From the NCBI GenBank assembly GCA_035495555.1, contig DATJFQ010000022.1:61273-125272 (forward strand): DNA of 64,000 bases. Direction: 5' to 3'. A model generated the notes under the pieces. The model ran no database searches. It was not told the DNA's origin and saw only the letters and a list, made by a program, of their open reading frames with translations. Position numbers and translations under genes: made by a program. The DNA is from Vicinamibacterales bacterium (lineage in GTDB: Bacteria > Acidobacteriota > Vicinamibacteria > Vicinamibacterales > 2-12-FULL-66-21). Positions 18,022 to 26,980 of the stretch are shown here, piece after piece (the first letter of the stretch is position 1; each line of letters starts with the position of its first letter).

Positions 18022-18878
18022 TGCTCGCCTCGCGCCCGCAGCAGCGCCTCGCGCCAGCGGCGGGCGGACGCGAACGTGGACTCGATCACCGCGCCATCTG
18101 ATAGTCCATCGCGCAAGTGCTCCAGCGCTCTGATCAGTTCGTCGAGCGCGCCGCGCAGCGCGTCCTCGTTCGTCGCGGCAATGTCCCTCCAGATCCCCGG
18201 CGGACTGCTGGCAAGACGAGTGCTGTCCGCCAGTCCCGGGCCGGCCAGTTCGAGCGCCATGTCCCCGCCCGTCTTCCCCACGACGTGCATGAGCGCGCTC
18301 GACGCGAACTGCGGGAGATGACTGATGATGGCGAGATAGCGGTCGTGCAGGTCAGGCGTCATGACGTGCGGCGTGCTGCCGAGGCCTCGGACGAACCATT
18401 CCAGGCGCTCGAGCTGCGGCGCGTGGTCGGCGCGCGGCGTCAGGATCCAGGAATGGCCGTCGAAGAGATCGGCCCGCGCGTAGCGGCAGCCCGAGTGGAC
18501 CGCGCCGGCAATCGGGTGGCCACCGATGAAGGGAACGGGCGCCGCTTCCGCCGCAGCGACGATCGCCCGTTTGGTGCTCGCGACGTCGGTCACGAGCGCG
18601 TCGGCGCGCAGCACCGGCGGCAGCAGCGGCAGGAACTTGATGCTGGCGAGGACGGGCGCTGCCAGCACCACGAGGTCCGCGTCATTCAAGAGTTCGAGGT
18701 GCTCGCCGGCGCGATCGGTCAGCCCGGCTTCCGCCGCGTGCCTCGCGACGGCGCCATGATCGACCGCGACGATCTTGATCTTCGGCCAGCGCCGCCGCGC
18801 CGCCAGCGCAATGGATCCGCCGATCAGTCCGAATCCGACGATTCCGATCCGGCGAAACGGGGCGTCCGCATTCGTCAT
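18018..18878 (-). CDS. tyrA: prephenate (arogenate) dehydrogenase
   Basis: Rossmann motif IGIVGFGLIGGSIA and the PDH core (GGHPIAG...HDRYLAIISHLPQ). 4-nt overlap with the downstream synthetase gene. Confidence 0.85.
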   Translation of the reverse strand: MTNADAPFRRIGIVGFGLIGGSIALAARRRWPKIKIVAVDHGAVARHAAEAGLTDRAGEHLELLNDADLVVLAAPVLASIKFLPLLPPVLRADALVTDVASTKRAIVAAAEAAPVPFIGGHPIAGAVHSGCRYARADLFDGHSWILTPRADHAPQLERLEWFVRGLGSTPHVMTPDLHDRYLAIISHLPQFASSALMHVVGKTGGDMALELAGPGLADSTRLASSPPGIWRDIAATNEDALRGALDELIRALEHLRDGLSDGAVIESTFASARRWREALLRARGEQ

Positions 18879-18894
18879 TCGGCAGTCAGTATAT

Positions 18895-19944
18895 TCAGAC
18901 GCCCCATCCCCTCCGCGCGACGGGCTCGAGGCAGATGCTGCGCCCGATCGCAGGGGCGATGATTCGCAGTTCCGCCATCAGCCGATCGAACTGGGACGGA
19001 AACATCGACTGCGCGCCGTCGCTCAGCGCGTGGTCGGGGTCGCAGTGCACCTCGATGAGCAGGCCGTCGGCGCCCGCGGCCACCGCCGCGCGCGCCATCG
19101 GAGCGACCTTGTCGCGGATCCCGGTGCCATGGCTCGGATCGACGAACACCGGCAGGTGGCTGAGTTTCTTGACGACCGGAATAGCGGAAATGTCGAGCGT
19201 GTTGCGCGTGTAGCTTTCGAAGGTCCGGATCCCGCGCTCGCACAGAATCACGTTCATGTTCCCGCCGGCGAGAATGTACTCGGCCGAGAGCAGCCACTCC
19301 TCGATCGTGGCTGAAATGCCGCGCTTCAGCAGGACGGGTTTGCGCGCGCGCCCGAGTTCCCGCAGCAGGGTGAAATTCTGCATGTTGCGCGCGCCGACCT
19401 GCAGGATGTCGACGTAGCGCTCTTCCAGCTCGAGCTGGCTGATGTCCATGATCTCCGACACGAGCTTGAGGTTGTGCCGGTCCGCCGCGGCCCGCAGCAG
19501 CCGCAACCCTTCTTCCCCGAGGCCCTGAAAGCTATAGGGGCTGCTGCGGGGCTTGAACGCGCCGCCGCGCAGCGCCTTGGCGCCCGCCCGCTTCACGGCC
19601 GCCGCGGTCGCCTCGACCTGCTCTTCGCTTTCGGCGCTGCACGGGCCCGCCATCACGATCACCTCGTCGCCGCCTATCCGGAGATCGTCCATCGTGATCA
19701 CCGTGTCGTGCTGCTTGAACGTGCGGCTCGCCAGCTTGTACGGCTCGGTAATGCGATGGACTTCCTGGACGCCGTCGAGCACTTCGACGAGCCGCGTGTC
19801 GAACTGCCGCGTGCCGCCAACCGCGCCGAGCACGGTGCGCAGCGCGCCCGTCGAGCGGTGGACGTCGAATCCCATCTCCACGAGCTTTGCGATGACTTTC
19901 TGGACCTGCTCGTCGGAGGCCCGTTCCTGCATGACTACGACCAT
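18895..19944 (-). CDS. 3-deoxy-7-phosphoheptulonate (DAHP) synthase, type I-beta with N-terminal ferredoxin-like regulatory domain
   Basis: N-terminal MVVVMQERASDEQVQKVIAKLVEMGFDVHRS, followed by GPCSAESEEQ...LRGGAFKPRSSPYSFQGLGEEGL...KRG...DPSHG. Confidence 0.9.
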   Translation of the reverse strand: MVVVMQERASDEQVQKVIAKLVEMGFDVHRSTGALRTVLGAVGGTRQFDTRLVEVLDGVQEVHRITEPYKLASRTFKQHDTVITMDDLRIGGDEVIVMAGPCSAESEEQVEATAAAVKRAGAKALRGGAFKPRSSPYSFQGLGEEGLRLLRAAADRHNLKLVSEIMDISQLELEERYVDILQVGARNMQNFTLLRELGRARKPVLLKRGISATIEEWLLSAEYILAGGNMNVILCERGIRTFESYTRNTLDISAIPVVKKLSHLPVFVDPSHGTGIRDKVAPMARAAVAAGADGLLIEVHCDPDHALSDGAQSMFPSQFDRLMAELRIIAPAIGRSICLEPVARRGWGV

Positions 19945-19975
19945 GGTTGTCCTTCTCTATTCTACTGACGCACGC

Positions 19976-20284
19976 CTAACGGCCTGCGCTTCGGTCTTCG
20001 GCAATGCGCTCCAGGTGGCGAGCCTCGTCGATCACGCGCTCGAACAGCCGCCGCATCGCGGGCTGATCGAGCGGCCCGTTGTTGTACCGCTGCACGTTGT
20101 CGAGTACCTGCGCCTCGCGCTCCGGCTGATAGATGGGAATGCCGCGCTCGCGCTTGATCCGCCCGATTTCGAGCGCGCACGCCGCCCGCGCATTGAGCAG
20201 CCGGACGAGCGTTTCGTCCAGCAGGTCGATGCGATCCCGCAGTTCCTCGATGGTGTGACTCACGCTCGACCTTCCTTCAGCCAC
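19976..20284 (-). CDS. chorismate mutase (AroQ class)
   Basis: LRDRIDLLDETLVRLLNARAACALEIGRIKRERGIPIYQPEREAQVL is typical of the CM_2 fold. Confidence 0.85.
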   Translation of the reverse strand: MAEGRSSVSHTIEELRDRIDLLDETLVRLLNARAACALEIGRIKRERGIPIYQPEREAQVLDNVQRYNNGPLDQPAMRRLFERVIDEARHLERIAEDRSAGR

Positions 20285-21054
20285 CGTACGAACCTCCCGG
20301 CCTGCGACGCGACGTCCGCCGCGGCGCCGTGTTCAGCGATCACATTTACCAGCGCGCTGCCGACGACGGCGGCGTCGGCCCAGCGGCAGACTTGCGCGAC
20401 GTGCTCGGGACGGGAAATCCCGAATCCGACCGCCAACGGCAGCGTGGAATGCGCGCGCACGCGCCGCGCCAGCCCTTCTGCCTCCGCCGAGACGTGATCC
20501 CGCGCGCCCGTGACCCCCAGGCGCGAAATGAGATACAGGAACCCGCGACCCATGTCGGCCGATGCCTCGATCCGTACATCGGTTGTGGTGGGGCTCAGCA
20601 GAAAAATGGGATCGATCGATGCCGGGATCAGCGTCGAGCGCAGCGGCCCTGCTTCCTCCACCGGCAGATCCAGCAGGAGAACGCCGTCAACGCCCGCGGC
20701 CGCGGCGGCGGATACGAACGCGTCTTCGCCAAACCGCAGAATCGGATTGACGTACGTAAAGAGCACGATCGGCGCCTCGATCCGCGATCGCGACCGGGCG
20801 ATCATGTCGAGCGTCCTGCGCAGCGTCGCGCCGCCCGCGAGCGCGCGTTCCGACGCACGCTGAATCACCGGGCCGTCCGCCAGCGGATCAGAGAACGGGA
20901 CGCCCACCTCGAGCACGTCGGCCCCGCTGTCGGAGAGCGCCGTCAGAATGTCCGCCGTCCGATCGATCGTCGGATCTCCCGCGGTGACATACGCGACCAG
21001 CCCCGGACCGCCGCTGCGTCGCAGACGTTCGAAGGCGTTCGAGATGCGCGACAT
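20260..21054 (-). CDS. trpA: tryptophan synthase alpha chain
   Basis: [11 protein letters not shown]...LVAYVTAGDP...LEVGVPFSDPLADGPVIQ...GFGIS. The start ATG shares one nt with the trpB stop. The rest of the 530-aa ORF-track frame overlaps trpB and is spurious. Confidence 0.93.
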   Translation of the reverse strand: MSRISNAFERLRRSGGPGLVAYVTAGDPTIDRTADILTALSDSGADVLEVGVPFSDPLADGPVIQRASERALAGGATLRRTLDMIARSRSRIEAPIVLFTYVNPILRFGEDAFVSAAAAAGVDGVLLLDLPVEEAGPLRSTLIPASIDPIFLLSPTTTDVRIEASADMGRGFLYLISRLGVTGARDHVSAEAEGLARRVRAHSTLPLAVGFGISRPEHVAQVCRWADAAVVGSALVNVIAEHGAAADVASQAGRFVRWLKEGRA

Positions 21055-22274
21055 CAGCGCATCCCCTCCATGGCCGCCTGCACGCTGAGCACGTCCTTGT
21101 CGCCGCGCCCGGACAGATTCACGAGCACGATGTCGTGCGGCGACATCGTCCCGGCGAGTTCGCACGCATAGGCGATCGCATGCGACGACTCGAGCGCCGG
21201 CAGGATCCCCTCTTCGCGCGCAAGCCGCTGGAATGCGGCCAGCGCGCGGTCGTCGTCGCACCACGTATATTCCGCTCGGCCGCGCTCTCGCAGCCACGCG
21301 TGCTCGGGACCAACCGACGCGTAGTCGAGCCCCGCGGAAATCGAGTGGGTCAGCTCGACGTTGCCGTCCGCGTCCTGCAGCACGTAGCTCCTGGTGCCCT
21401 GCAGCACACCAGGGGTGCCGCCCGCGAATCGAGCCGCGTGCTGCCCGGGTTCGAGACTGCGGCCGCCGGCCTCGACCCCAACGAGGCGCACCGATTGGTC
21501 GTCCACGAATGCGTCGAAAATGCCCATCGCATTGCTGCCGCCGCCCACGCAGGCCACCACCGCGTCGGGGAGCCTGCCGAGTTGCTCGAGCGATTGTGCG
21601 CGTGCCTCGCGTCCGATGACCGATTGAAATTCGCGCACCATCAGCGGGTACGGATGCGGCCCCAGGACCGAGCCGAGCAGGTAGTACGTGTCGTTCACGT
21701 TGGCCACCCAGTCGCGCATCGCCTCGTTGATGGCGTCTTTCAACGTGCGGCTGCCGCCGCTCACTTCCACGACGTCGGCACCCAGCAGCCGCATGCGAAA
21801 GACGTTCAGCGACTGGCGCGCCATGTCGTCCGACCCCATGTAGACTCGACACTCGAGGCCGAGCAGCGCGCAGGCGGTCGCACTGGCAACCCCATGCTGG
21901 CCGGCGCCCGTTTCCGCGACGATGCGGCGCTTGCCCATGCGTGAGGCCAGCAGTGCCTGGCCGAGCGCGTTGTTGATTTTGTGGGCGCCGGTATGTGCCA
22001 GGTCTTCACGCTTGAGGACGATCCGGGCGCCGCCGCTCGAAGCGCTCAGGCGCGCCGCCTCATACAGCGGCGTCGGGCGTCCCACGTAATTGCGGAGCAG
22101 CGTTCCGAGTTGTTGACGGAAGTCCGGGTCGTCGCGGGTGCGGAAGTACGCGGCCGTGAGTTCCTCGACGGGCGCCACGAGCGTCTCCGGCACGAAACGG
22201 CCGCCAAACGCTCCGTAGTAGCCACGCGCGTCAGGATCGCGGGCGCCGAACACGGGAATCGAGATCTCGGTCAT
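21054..22274 (-). CDS. trpB: tryptophan synthase beta chain
   Basis: GRPTPLYEA...[16 protein letters not shown] (PLP lysine)...GGGSNAMG. Confidence 0.96.
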   Translation of the reverse strand: MTEISIPVFGARDPDARGYYGAFGGRFVPETLVAPVEELTAAYFRTRDDPDFRQQLGTLLRNYVGRPTPLYEAARLSASSGGARIVLKREDLAHTGAHKINNALGQALLASRMGKRRIVAETGAGQHGVASATACALLGLECRVYMGSDDMARQSLNVFRMRLLGADVVEVSGGSRTLKDAINEAMRDWVANVNDTYYLLGSVLGPHPYPLMVREFQSVIGREARAQSLEQLGRLPDAVVACVGGGSNAMGIFDAFVDDQSVRLVGVEAGGRSLEPGQHAARFAGGTPGVLQGTRSYVLQDADGNVELTHSISAGLDYASVGPEHAWLRERGRAEYTWCDDDRALAAFQRLAREEGILPALESSHAIAYACELAGTMSPHDIVLVNLSGRGDKDVLSVQAAMEGMR

Positions 22275-22888
22275 AGCTCACGGACTGCGGCAAACAGCGC
22301 GCGCAGTCTGGCTGGATCCTTTCTGCCGGGCGCGTATTCGACGCCCGACGATACGTCCACGGCATACGGGCGCACGGCCCGGATCGCTTCGGCGACATTG
22401 CCGGCGTGGAGCCCCCCGGAGAGCACGATCGGGCGCACGGCGGCCACGCGCGCCGCAAGCATCCAGTCGATCGTTCGTCCGGTGCCGCCGCGCTTCACGG
22501 GATCATGAGCATCGAGCAGCGGAAGCACCGGCGATGGCAGCGCGCGGGCTGTCTCGACGTCCGCCTCTTCGCCGATCGCGATGGCCTTCATCACCTTGCA
22601 TCCGTCGATTGGGTACGCGTGCACGTCCTCGTCGCCGTGCAACTGCACCGCCGCGAGGCCGACGGCCTGCGCGACGTCCCGGACGGCGTCGGGCGTTTCA
22701 TCGACGAAGACGCCGACGGGATCAACTCCGCGCGGCAGGGCCGCGACGACCGCTCGCGCTGTATCGATGCTCACGTTCCGTGGGCTCCCCTTCCAGAAAA
22801 TCATCCCGACGGCGAACGCGCCCAGTTCCGCAGCGAGCCGCGCGTCGTCCGGGGTCGTGACCCCGCAGATCTTGATCCGCGTCATCAT
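22271..22888 (-). CDS. trpF: phosphoribosylanthranilate isomerase
   Basis: [16 protein letters not shown]...AVQLHGDE...LSGGL, the typical PRAI pattern. Confidence 0.92.
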   Translation of the reverse strand: MMTRIKICGVTTPDDARLAAELGAFAVGMIFWKGSPRNVSIDTARAVVAALPRGVDPVGVFVDETPDAVRDVAQAVGLAAVQLHGDEDVHAYPIDGCKVMKAIAIGEEADVETARALPSPVLPLLDAHDPVKRGGTGRTIDWMLAARVAAVRPIVLSGGLHAGNVAEAIRAVRPYAVDVSSGVEYAPGRKDPARLRALFAAVREL

Positions 22889-23113
22889 TTCAGTCGCATC
22901 AATCGCGGGCTACGCCCGCGTTCCGCGCTCCGTGCAATGGGGCCCCTGCTCGGACAGCCCCCCTTCGTGCTCGGCGGCCCAAAAGACGGGTCGACGGGGC
23001 GCCGCCTCCGCGCGAAGCGGGGCACCCCGTCCTCGCCCCATCGCGGCTGAACCGTCCGGCCCCGCCCTCCGCACGCCGCCTCCGCGTTTCTTCCGCTACG
23101 TGTTCGCTCGCTG

Positions 23114-23914
23114 TCACGCGATCCCTCGAAGGCGCCGAAGCGCTGCTCCCGGATCCGGTTCGGTGATCAGACGCTCACCGACGAGAAACGCGCGGTAGCC
23201 GCAGTTCTCGAGTCGATCGAGATCGTCACGGGACCTGAGTCCACTCTCCGCGATCGCGATCACGCCTGACGGAAGCTCGCGCGCCAGGCGCTCGTGGATC
23301 GCGGGATCGACGTCCAGCGTCCGCAGATTGCGGCTGTTGACGCCCACAATCGCAGCGCCTGCATCGAGCGCTCGTGCGAGTTCCGCCTGATCGTGGACTT
23401 CGACGAGCGCGGCGAGCCCGATCTCGCTCGCTGCAGCCAGCAGCTCGTGCAGCTCCGCGTCGCTCAGCGCACCGACGATCAGCAGAGCCGCGTCGGCGCC
23501 CGACGCCGCGGCCTCGAGGAGCTGGTATCGCGAGACGATGAAGTCCTTCCGCAGGAGCGGCACATCAACGGTCGCGCGGACGCTCCGCAGGTGCGCGAGC
23601 GAACCGTCAAAAAACGTCGGTTCGCTGAGGACCGAGATCGCGGCTGCGCCAGCCGCCGCATACGCTCGCGCATGTGCCGGCGGATCGTAGTCCTGCCGCA
23701 GGATGCCGCGTGAGGGCGACCGCCGTTTGCACTCGGCGATGATGCGCGGCGACGCGCTCGTCGACACGGCCGCGGCGAACGCGGCTCCGCGCGGCGGACG
23801 CTGCGCTGCCTCGCGCTCGAGCAGCCGCTCAGGCGCGTGTGCGTGGCGCACGTCCGTGATGCGCCGGGCCGCCGCCACGATCGCCGCGAGCAGGTCCGGC
23901 GCGCTCGTCGTCAT
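23114..23914 (-). CDS. trpC: indole-3-glycerol phosphate synthase
   Basis: IIAECKRRSPSRG...ISVLSEPTFFDGS...LRKDFIVSRYQ...VEVH...GVNSRNL...ESG. ATGA overlap with the trpD stop. The ORF-track extension up to 24700 overlaps trpD. Confidence 0.93.
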   Translation of the reverse strand: MTTSAPDLLAAIVAAARRITDVRHAHAPERLLEREAAQRPPRGAAFAAAVSTSASPRIIAECKRRSPSRGILRQDYDPPAHARAYAAAGAAAISVLSEPTFFDGSLAHLRSVRATVDVPLLRKDFIVSRYQLLEAAASGADAALLIVGALSDAELHELLAAASEIGLAALVEVHDQAELARALDAGAAIVGVNSRNLRTLDVDPAIHERLARELPSGVIAIAESGLRSRDDLDRLENCGYRAFLVGERLITEPDPGAALRRLRGIA

Positions 23915-24936
23915 GCGACGACCTCGACATTCGACGCTCGCACCAAGTGATGGAGTGTGGCCGCCGCCCGCCCTTCGTCGATCGCGGCCGCCGCGATTGC
24001 GATCCCCTCTGGAATCGAGGCGACCCGGCCGGCGATGAGCAGCGATGCTCCGGCATTCAGCAACACCACGTCGCGTGCGGCACCTGACGCCCCGCTCAGC
24101 ACCGCCCGGACGACGCCGGCGTTCTGTGCGGCGTCGCCGCCTTTGAGTGCCTCCGGGGCAGCTTTCGAGAGACCGACGTCCGCCGGGTGCAGGTAGAAGG
24201 TGTTGACCGCGCCATCCCGGCACTCCGAGATTTTCGTGTAGCCGGTCGTGGAAATCTCGTCGATCCCATCGGCGCCGTGGACGACCCAGGCCCGTTCCGA
24301 TCCGAGCAGCGCGAGCGATTTCGCCACGAGTTCGGTCAGCTCCGGCTGCGGCACGCCGACGAGCTGCCGCTTCGCGCCTGCCGGATTCGTGAGCGGTCCG
24401 AGCAGGTTGAAGGCAGTCCGGATGCCGAGCGAACGCCGTGTCGGCGCCGCGTGTTTCATCGCGGGATGGAACGTCTGGGCGAAGAGGAACGCGATGCCGG
24501 CTTCGTCGAGGCAGCGCATCGCGACGCCGGGCGCCGCCGCCACGTTCACGCCGAGCGCTTCGAGCACATCGGCCGTCCCGCATCGGCTCGACACGCTGCG
24601 GTTGCCATGTTTCGCGACGCGCACGCCGCACGCCGCGACGACGATCGCCGCCATCGTCGAGATGTTGATCGTGTGTGCACGATCGCCGCCGGTACCGCAC
24701 GTGTCGAACACGCTGCCCGCCGGCGCCGGCAGCTTGACCGCGCGCTCGCGCATGGTTCGCGCAAGGCCCACGATTTCGTCGGGGCGCTCGCCCTTCATGA
24801 CGAGGCCGACAAGAAAGCCGGCAATTTCCGCCGGCGAGGCGGACCCGTCCATGATCGCCGCCATCGCGGACGCCGCCTCCCCTTCTGTCAAGTCCACCCG
24901 CCGCCGGAGTTTCTCGATGAGATCAGGGAACATCAC
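23911..24936 (-). CDS. trpD: anthranilate phosphoribosyltransferase
   Basis: DTCGTGGD...NISTMAAIVVAACGVRVAKHGNRSVSS signature. Confidence 0.95.
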   Translation of the reverse strand: MMFPDLIEKLRRRVDLTEGEAASAMAAIMDGSASPAEIAGFLVGLVMKGERPDEIVGLARTMRERAVKLPAPAGSVFDTCGTGGDRAHTINISTMAAIVVAACGVRVAKHGNRSVSSRCGTADVLEALGVNVAAAPGVAMRCLDEAGIAFLFAQTFHPAMKHAAPTRRSLGIRTAFNLLGPLTNPAGAKRQLVGVPQPELTELVAKSLALLGSERAWVVHGADGIDEISTTGYTKISECRDGAVNTFYLHPADVGLSKAAPEALKGGDAAQNAGVVRAVLSGASGAARDVVLLNAGASLLIAGRVASIPEGIAIAAAAIDEGRAAATLHHLVRASNVEVVA

Positions 24937-25493
24937 AGCTCCAGGAAGTTGCGCAGGATCTTCTTGCCCTCACCCGTCAGCACGGACTCGGGATGGAACT
25001 GGACGCCGTGGATCGGATACTCGCGATGCCTGACCCCCATGACGATGCCGTCAGCGGTTCTGGCGCTCACCTCCAGGACATCAGGCACCGGCTCCGAAAC
25101 GACCAACGAATGGTACCGGCCGGCGACGAACGGCTGTGTGACGCCCGCGAACACGCCGCGGCCGTCGTGTTCGAGCGACGAGGTCTTCCCGTGCATCAGG
25201 CTCGGCGCGCGGCAGATGGTGCCGCCGAATGCATAGCCGATCGCCTGGTGTCCCAGGCACACGCCGAGCAGCGGGACGCGGTCCCCGAAGGTGCGAATCG
25301 TGTCGACGCTCACGCCCGCGTCTTCCGGGCGCCCTGGACCCGGCGAAATGACGATGCGCTCCGGGTGGAGCGATTCGATGTCGCCAACCGTGATTTCGTC
25401 GTTCCGCCGCACTACAGGCGGGGCCCCGAGCTCGCCGAGGTACTGGGCCAGGTTGAACGTGAACGAATCGTAGTTGTCGAGGAGGAGAATCAC
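24933..25493 (-). CDS. trpG: anthranilate synthase component II (glutamine amidotransferase)
   Basis: ILLLDNYDSFTFNL...ISPGPG...PLLGVCLGHQ...HGVQFHPES. Confidence 0.95.
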   Translation of the reverse strand: MILLLDNYDSFTFNLAQYLGELGAPPVVRRNDEITVGDIESLHPERIVISPGPGRPEDAGVSVDTIRTFGDRVPLLGVCLGHQAIGYAFGGTICRAPSLMHGKTSSLEHDGRGVFAGVTQPFVAGRYHSLVVSEPVPDVLEVSARTADGIVMGVRHREYPIHGVQFHPESVLTGEGKKILRNFLEL

Positions 25494-26980
25494 AGTTCGA
25501 CTTCCGCCATCGTGATCGCCTGCAGGAGTGCCCGCGCCTTGTCGCGCGTCTCCTCGTATTCCGCGGCGGGATTCGAGTCCGCCACGATGCCGGCGCCCGC
25601 TTGTATTCGCGCGACGCCATCGCGAATCGTGATCGTGCGAATCGCGATGCAGGTGTCGAGGTTGCCGGCGAAATCGATATAGCCCACGGCGCCGGCGTAA
25701 AGATCACGCCGCGTCGGCTCCAGCCCCGCGAGAATCTGCATCGCGCGGATCTTGGGTGCGCCCGAGACGGTCCCCGCTGGAAAGCACGCGACGAGGGCAT
25801 CGAGATGGTCGTTCGCTTCCGACAGGCGGCCTTCGACGGTCGATACCAGGTGCATGACGTGCGAGTAGCGCTCGAGCGCCATGTATTGCGGCACGCGGAC
25901 CGTGCCGATCTCCGCCACGCGGCCCACGTCGTTGCGTCCAAGATCCACGAGCATGACGTGCTCGGCGCGCTCCTTCTCGTTGCGTTTCAGCTCTTCGGCG
26001 AGACGCAGATCTTCGTCCTCGCTGCGGCCGCGCGGCCGCGTGCCGGCGATCGGATGCGTCTCCACTCGACGCCCTTCCACTCGTACCAGCATTTCCGGTG
26101 ACGACCCGACAATCGTCAGTCCGCCCATGCGGATGTAATACATATACGGTGACGGGTTCACGTGCCTGAGCGCCCGGTACACCGTGAATGGTTCCGCGTT
26201 GACCCGCACTTCGAACCGCTGTGACAGGACGGCCTGATAGATGTCTCCGGCCGCGATGCGTTCCTTGATCGCGCGCACTCCGGATTCGAACGCTTCCCGC
26301 GTGACGTTCGAGGCGACGTCTGGCACAGGCCGATCGCCCCGTGCCGCGTAGGACAGCCCGCGTTCGAGCTCGCGCTCGAGGAACTGGATCTTCGCGCAGG
26401 CGAACTGATAAAGCGCCGACAGGTCCTCGTCGGCGGTGACGCGCGCGTTGGCGATCACCAGGATCCGATGCTTGACGTGGTCGAACGCGAGCACGGTGTC
26501 GAACAGCATGAACCCCGCGTCGTCCTCTTCTTTCCGGCTGTGAGCCCAGGCCGCCTGCTCCCACGCGGAACGCAGGGCGGGCTCGAATTCGATGCTGGCG
26601 TCATAGCCGATGAACCCGACGGCGCCGCCCGTGAAGCGCGGTAGATCCGGTACGAACGGCGCGCGGAACTCCGCCATCAGCCGGCGCAGCGTCGGCACGA
26701 ACGGTTCCGCAGACGACGTCGTCACGCCGGATCGGTCGATGATCGTCTGCCCGTCGCGGGACCGCAGCACGAGGAAGGGGTCTTTGCCGAGGAACGAATA
26801 GCGGGCGACCTGCTCCCCGCCTTCGACGCTCTCGAACAGGAAGGCGTAGTCCGAGTGTTCGGCGATCTTGAGAAAGGCAGACACCGGCGTCAGCAGGTCC
26901 GCCATGATTTCCTTCACGACCGGCACGAACGTCCCGCGCCGCGCGAGTTCCACGAATTCTCCGTACGTCGTCTGTCTCAT
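25490..26980 (-). CDS. trpE: anthranilate synthase component I
   Basis: LLTPVSAFLK...LFESVEGGE...SPSPYMYYI...GSSPE...GTVSGAPKIRAM. Confidence 0.95.
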   Translation of the reverse strand: MRQTTYGEFVELARRGTFVPVVKEIMADLLTPVSAFLKIAEHSDYAFLFESVEGGEQVARYSFLGKDPFLVLRSRDGQTIIDRSGVTTSSAEPFVPTLRRLMAEFRAPFVPDLPRFTGGAVGFIGYDASIEFEPALRSAWEQAAWAHSRKEEDDAGFMLFDTVLAFDHVKHRILVIANARVTADEDLSALYQFACAKIQFLERELERGLSYAARGDRPVPDVASNVTREAFESGVRAIKERIAAGDIYQAVLSQRFEVRVNAEPFTVYRALRHVNPSPYMYYIRMGGLTIVGSSPEMLVRVEGRRVETHPIAGTRPRGRSEDEDLRLAEELKRNEKERAEHVMLVDLGRNDVGRVAEIGTVRVPQYMALERYSHVMHLVSTVEGRLSEANDHLDALVACFPAGTVSGAPKIRAMQILAGLEPTRRDLYAGAVGYIDFAGNLDTCIAIRTITIRDGVARIQAGAGIVADSNPAAEYEETRDKARALLQAITMAEVEL

